From NCBI GenBank assembly GCA_016235265.1, contig JACRLI010000014.1, positions 247,405 through 311,404 on the forward strand: 64,000 nt of DNA, written 5' to 3'. The stretch is from Candidatus Eiseniibacteriota bacterium. Its GTDB lineage: Bacteria; Eisenbacteria; RBG-16-71-46; JACRLI01. Shown here one piece after another: positions 60,379 through 64,000 of the stretch. Positions within the stretch are counted from its first letter, which is position 1; every line of letters starts with the position of its first letter. Below the pieces are notes generated by a model, which saw only the letters and a list, made by a program, of their open reading frames with translations, made no database searches and had not been told where the DNA came from. The position numbers and the translations under genes were made by a program.

Positions 60379-61758
60379 TTGGACCTGTCCAAAGTGAAGT
60401 TTGCCCCGGATGTCCTGGGCTGCGTGGGGAACACGCCGCTGATCCGCCTGAACCGCGTGACCCGCGGGTGCGCGGCCACCGTCCTGGGCAAGCTGGAATC
60501 CACCAATCCCGGCGGCAGCGTGAAGGACCGCATCGGGCTGGCCATGGTGGAGGACGCCGAGAGGCAGGGCCTGCTCAAGCCCGGCGGGATGATCGTGGAG
60601 TGCACCTCGGGCAACACCGGGGTGGGCCTGGCCATCGTGGCGGCGGTGAAGGGCTACCGGGCGGTGTTCGTGATGCCCGACAAGGTGAGCGAAGAGAAGC
60701 GCCAGTTGCTGCGCGCCTACGGCGCCCAGGTGGTGATCTGCCCCACCGCGGTCCCGCCCGATTCCCCCGAGAGCTACTACGAGGTGGCCAAGCGCATTCA
60801 CCGCGAAACCCCCGGAGCCTGCCTCACCAACCAGTACCACAACATGGCCAACCCGGAGGCGCACTACCGCAGCACCGGTCCCGAGATCTGGGAGCAGACC
60901 GGCGGGCAGGTGACGCACCTCGTGGGGGGCATGGGCACCGGCGGCACCATCAGCGGCACGGCGCGCTACCTCAAGGAGAAGAACCCCCGCGTGAAGGTGG
61001 TCGGCGCGGACCCCGAGGGCTCCATCCTGTGCGAGTACTTCTACAAGAAGACCATGGGGGAGGCGCGGCCCTACAAGGTGGAAGGCATCGGCGAGGACTT
61101 CCTGCCCGGCGCGCTCGACTTCAACATGCTCGACGACATCCTGACCGTCTCCGACCGTGAATCGCTCAACATGGCGCGCCGGGTGTCCCGCGAGGAGGGG
61201 ATCCTGGTGGGCGGCTCCTGCGGCACCGCCGTGGTCGCCGCGCTCAGGATCGCGGCGAAGGGCACCAAGGACGACCTGATCGTGGTCATCCTGCCCGACA
61301 CCGGCGAGCGCTACCTCAGCAAGGTGCACTCCGACGACTGGATGCGCGAGAACCGCATGCTGGACCCCGACACGGTGCTGGTGGACCAGGTGATCCGCGG
61401 CAAGCGACTTTCAGTGCCGCAGCTGGTCACGGTTCAGAGCGGCCACCCGCTGAGCGAGGCGCTGCACCTGATCCAGCAGTACGACATTTCGCTGGTGCCG
61501 GTGATGAAGAACGGCCAGGTGGTGGGCACCTTGAACGACGCCGACGTGCTGGGCGCGGCCCTGGAGGATCTGGAATCCCTGCACCGGCCGGTGGACAGCG
61601 TCATGACCGACCCGCTGCCGCGGATCGCGCGCGACGCCAGCCTGACCGAGGCCAAACGCATGCTCGCGCGCCGCACCCCGGCGCTCCTGGTGACCGACCA
61701 GTCCGACGTGGTCGGCATTCTCACGCGGTTCGACATCATCGAATACGAGGCGGCCTGA
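60379..61758 (+). CDS. Cystathionine beta-synthase (CysK family with C-terminal CBS domains)
   Basis: NPGGSVKDR, TSGNTG, GTGGT, YKVEGIG, LPDTGERY plus a CBS pair; start TTG 60379 or GTG 60394. Confidence 0.93.
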   Translation: MDLSKVKFAPDVLGCVGNTPLIRLNRVTRGCAATVLGKLESTNPGGSVKDRIGLAMVEDAERQGLLKPGGMIVECTSGNTGVGLAIVAAVKGYRAVFVMPDKVSEEKRQLLRAYGAQVVICPTAVPPDSPESYYEVAKRIHRETPGACLTNQYHNMANPEAHYRSTGPEIWEQTGGQVTHLVGGMGTGGTISGTARYLKEKNPRVKVVGADPEGSILCEYFYKKTMGEARPYKVEGIGEDFLPGALDFNMLDDILTVSDRESLNMARRVSREEGILVGGSCGTAVVAALRIAAKGTKDDLIVVILPDTGERYLSKVHSDDWMRENRMLDPDTVLVDQVIRGKRLSVPQLVTVQSGHPLSEALHLIQQYDISLVPVMKNGQVVGTLNDADVLGAALEDLESLHRPVDSVMTDPLPRIARDASLTEAKRMLARRTPALLVTDQSDVVGILTRFDIIEYEAA

Positions 61759-62918
61759 TGGGTTTCTCCACCGACGCGATCCACGCCGGCAACGCGCCCG
61801 ACCCCCGCACCGGGGCGGTCTCGGTCCCGATCTTCCAGACCTCCACCTACGCCCAGGCCGAGCTGGGCAAGTCCAGCGGCTACGAGTATGCCCGCACCGC
61901 CAACCCCACCCGGCACGCGCTCGAGGAGAACCTCGCGGTGCTGGAGAAGGGGATCAAGGGGTTCGCGTTCTCCTCCGGCATGTCGGCCATCTCCACCGTG
62001 CTGTACCTGCTCAAGGGCGGGGACCACGTGGTGGCCTCGCACAACATGTACGGCGGCACCTACCGGCTGTTCGAGTACATCCTGAAGGGCTACGGGATCC
62101 AGTTCACCTACGTGGACACCTCGGATGCCGCCTCGGTGGAGCGGGCCTTCACGCCGGAGACGAAGCTGCTGTTCGTGGAGTCGCCCACCAACCCGCTCAT
62201 GGTGCTCTCGGACCTCAAGGCGCTGGCCCGGCTGGCGCGGGCCCGCGGCGCCTGGATGGCCGTGGACAATACCTTCATGACCCCCTATTACCAGCGCCCG
62301 CTGGAACTTGGAGCGCACCTGGCGGTGCACAGCACCACCAAGTACCTCAACGGCCACAGCGACATGGTCGGCGGGGCGGTGATCACCTCGGAGCCGGAAC
62401 TGGCCGAGCGCCTGGGCTTCCTCCAGAACGCCGTCGGGGCGGTCCCGGGCCCCATGGACTGTTACCTGGTGCTCCGGGGCATCAAGACCCTGGCCCTCCG
62501 GATGGAACGGCACACCGCCAACGCGATGAAGATCGCCACCTTCCTGGACAGGCACCCGGCCGTCCAGAAGGTCTTCTACCCGGGTCTGCCCGGCCATCCG
62601 CAGCACGCCCTGGCCCGGACCCAGATGTCCGGCTTCGGGGGGATGCTGGCGATCGAGACCGGCTCCCTGGAGGCCGGCCGCCGGCTCCTCAACCAGGTCC
62701 GCCTGTTCACCCTGGCCGAGAGCCTGGGAGGGGTGGAAAGCCTGATTTCCCACCCCGCTTCCATGACCCACGCGCTGGTGCCGAAGGCGGAACGGGAGAA
62801 GTGGGGCTTCACCGACGGGCTGGTCCGGCTCTCCGTGGGGGTGGAGGACATCGAGGACCTGCTGGCCGACCTGGAGCAGGCGCTCCGGGCGGTGCAGCCC
62901 GTGGCCGGCGAGGCCTGA
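61758..62918 (+). CDS. Cystathionine gamma-lyase/synthase
   Basis: YARTANPT, ESPTNP, DNTF, HSTTKYLNGHSD, AESLGG, RLSVGVE. Confidence 0.95.
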   Translation: MGFSTDAIHAGNAPDPRTGAVSVPIFQTSTYAQAELGKSSGYEYARTANPTRHALEENLAVLEKGIKGFAFSSGMSAISTVLYLLKGGDHVVASHNMYGGTYRLFEYILKGYGIQFTYVDTSDAASVERAFTPETKLLFVESPTNPLMVLSDLKALARLARARGAWMAVDNTFMTPYYQRPLELGAHLAVHSTTKYLNGHSDMVGGAVITSEPELAERLGFLQNAVGAVPGPMDCYLVLRGIKTLALRMERHTANAMKIATFLDRHPAVQKVFYPGLPGHPQHALARTQMSGFGGMLAIETGSLEAGRRLLNQVRLFTLAESLGGVESLISHPASMTHALVPKAEREKWGFTDGLVRLSVGVEDIEDLLADLEQALRAVQPVAGEA

Positions 62919-62979
62919 TATTCGTGATTTTTTCGGCTAAGTTCTTGACAACATTGGGGATAGGTGGGGAAAAAAGTCC

Positions 62980-63008
62980 TTGACACCCCAAGGGTCATTG
63001 CCTATCCT
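62980..63008 (+). promoter_or_regulatory. Sigma70 promoter
   Basis: TTGACA-17 bp-TATCCT with an A-tract upstream. Confidence 0.75.
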
Positions 63009-63014
63009 GCGGCC

Positions 63015-63201
63015 TTGTTGAGTGGATGGGGTTTCCTGTGCCCCGGGTAGTGACATCCTGCTGAGCAGCCGACCTGAGATTCCTCTGTGGCGCCCGGTAC
63101 GTCCAACATGGCGGCGCGTGGCACAAGGAATGTGCGTCAGACGGTACTGAGATCACCGAATTCCAAGCGACAGCTTCGGTTCAGCACCCGTCGTTCAACA
63201 A
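63015..63201 (+). ncRNA. Candidate structured RNA or leader (~187 nt), family unidentified
   Basis: Nested pairings: TTGTTGAGTGGATGGG/CCCGTCGTTCAACAA, TGCTGAGC/GTTCAGCA, CTGA/TCAG, ATTCCTCTGTG/CACAAGGAAT, GCGCC/GGCGC; begins at the predicted TSS. Confidence 0.55.
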
Positions 63202-63227
63202 AATACACTCTGAAGGAGGTGAGCTAG

Positions 63228-63434
63228 GTGATCAAGAAGCTTGCGGCATTTTTCCTGATGGCGATCCTGACCGTTGCTCTCGCCACCGCCATGGGTTGTG
63301 GGAAGAAGGCGGAGGAGGGCACCACCACCGAGGGTACCACCACCGAGGCGACGACGAGCACGACCACTCCTGCCCCGGCGGAGTCCGGCGCTGCTACGAC
63401 TCCTGCCCCGGCGGACACGGCTGCTCATCAGTAG
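63228..63434 (+). CDS. Small Thr/Ala/Pro-rich lipoprotein
   Basis: AAGGAGGTGA RBS, signal peptide with AMGC lipobox, disordered tail. Confidence 0.82.
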   Translation: MIKKLAAFFLMAILTVALATAMGCGKKAEEGTTTEGTTTEATTSTTTPAPAESGAATTPAPADTAAHQ

Positions 63435-63486
63435 TTCGACTCCCCGTCCGGCACTCGTTTCGTCTGGACGCACAGAGTCTCGATAT

Positions 63487-63532
63487 TGCGAGAGGGTGGG
63501 TGGCATGCACTCGCCCTCTTCGCATTTTTTTT
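63487..63532 (+). terminator. Rho-independent terminator
   Basis: TGCGAGAGGGTGGGTG...CACTCGCCCTCTTCGCA followed by T8. Confidence 0.88.
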
Positions 63533-63584
63533 GCCCCCCGGGCGGGGCTCAGCCCGGTCCGGTGCTCCACCTGGAGGCTTCCCA

Positions 63585-64000
63585 TTGGCCAATGAGAGTT
63601 CCTTCGACGTGGTGTCCCGCGTGGACCTGCAGGAACTGAAGAACGCCGTCCAGCAGGCCCAGAAGGAGATGAGCCAGCGCTTCGACTTCAAGGCCAGCGC
63701 CAGTTCCATCGAGCTGGCCGAGGAGGAGAAGCTGGTGCTGGTCTCCGACGACGAGCACAAGCTCAAGTCGGTGGTGGACATCGTCCAGGGCAAGCTCATC
63801 AAGCGCGGCATCTCGCTGAAGTGCATGGACTACGGCCCGGTGGTGCCGGCCCAGAAGGGCACCGTCCGCCAGGAGATCACCCTCGCCTCCGGCCTGGAGG
63901 GCGAGCTGGCCCGCGAGATCGTCAAGGACATCAAGGGCCTCAAGTTGAAGGTGCAGGCGGCCATCCAGGAGGACCAGGTGCGGGTCAGCGGGAAGGTGAA
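63585..64000 (+). CDS. yajQ: YajQ family nucleotide/c-di-GMP-binding protein; runs off the window's right edge
   Basis: Manual translation from TTG 63585: MANESSFDVVSRVDLQELKNAV...RFDFK...KLKVQAAIQEDQVRVSGK. Confidence 0.95.
   Translation, partial: MANESSFDVVSRVDLQELKNAVQQAQKEMSQRFDFKASASSIELAEEEKLVLVSDDEHKLKSVVDIVQGKLIKRGISLKCMDYGPVVPAQKGTVRQEITLASGLEGELAREIVKDIKGLKLKVQAAIQEDQVRVSGKV

Noticed and set aside
63015-63201. TPP, glycine, lysine or cobalamin riboswitch call
   Set aside because: CTGAGA occurs, but the other conserved elements of these families are absent

Overview
High-GC bacterial chromosome window. FlgD/T9SS-like C-terminal domains, porX-tsaE synteny and gene style suggest an FCB-group organism such as Ca. 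Eisenbacteria (inference only). In order: (1) a minus-strand operon encoding an HD-like protein, PrpD, fused homoaconitase, (homo)isocitrate dehydrogenase and a CitD-CitE fusion; (2) a TetR-controlled TolC/MFP/RND efflux operon; (3) biotin carboxylase, BCCP, methylmalonyl-CoA mutase and a BNR-repeat protein; (4) a ~10.7 kb defence island: TIR protein, attC site, hsdM, abiEi, abiEii, a HEPN-motif protein, hsdS and an hsdR fused to a Schlafen/AlbA_2 domain; its ends look like integron-cassette boundaries; (5) housekeeping genes yajC, def, fmt, rsmB, rpe, pyk, ffh, rpsP, serS, HK-porX, tsaE, tsaB, rimI, accD, folC, lptD; (6) two paralogous secreted glycoside hydrolase-like genes; (7) a probable selenoprotein (C-G-U, in-frame TGA with candidate SECIS) fusing an UshA-like domain to a tetraheme cytochrome c, upstream of cystathionine beta-synthase and gamma-lyase; (8) a ~187-nt structured RNA ahead of a small lipoprotein, then yajQ. 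Three GTAG-type REP doublets each supply the stop codon of the adjacent gene. All calls come from reading motifs by eye; no database searches were run.
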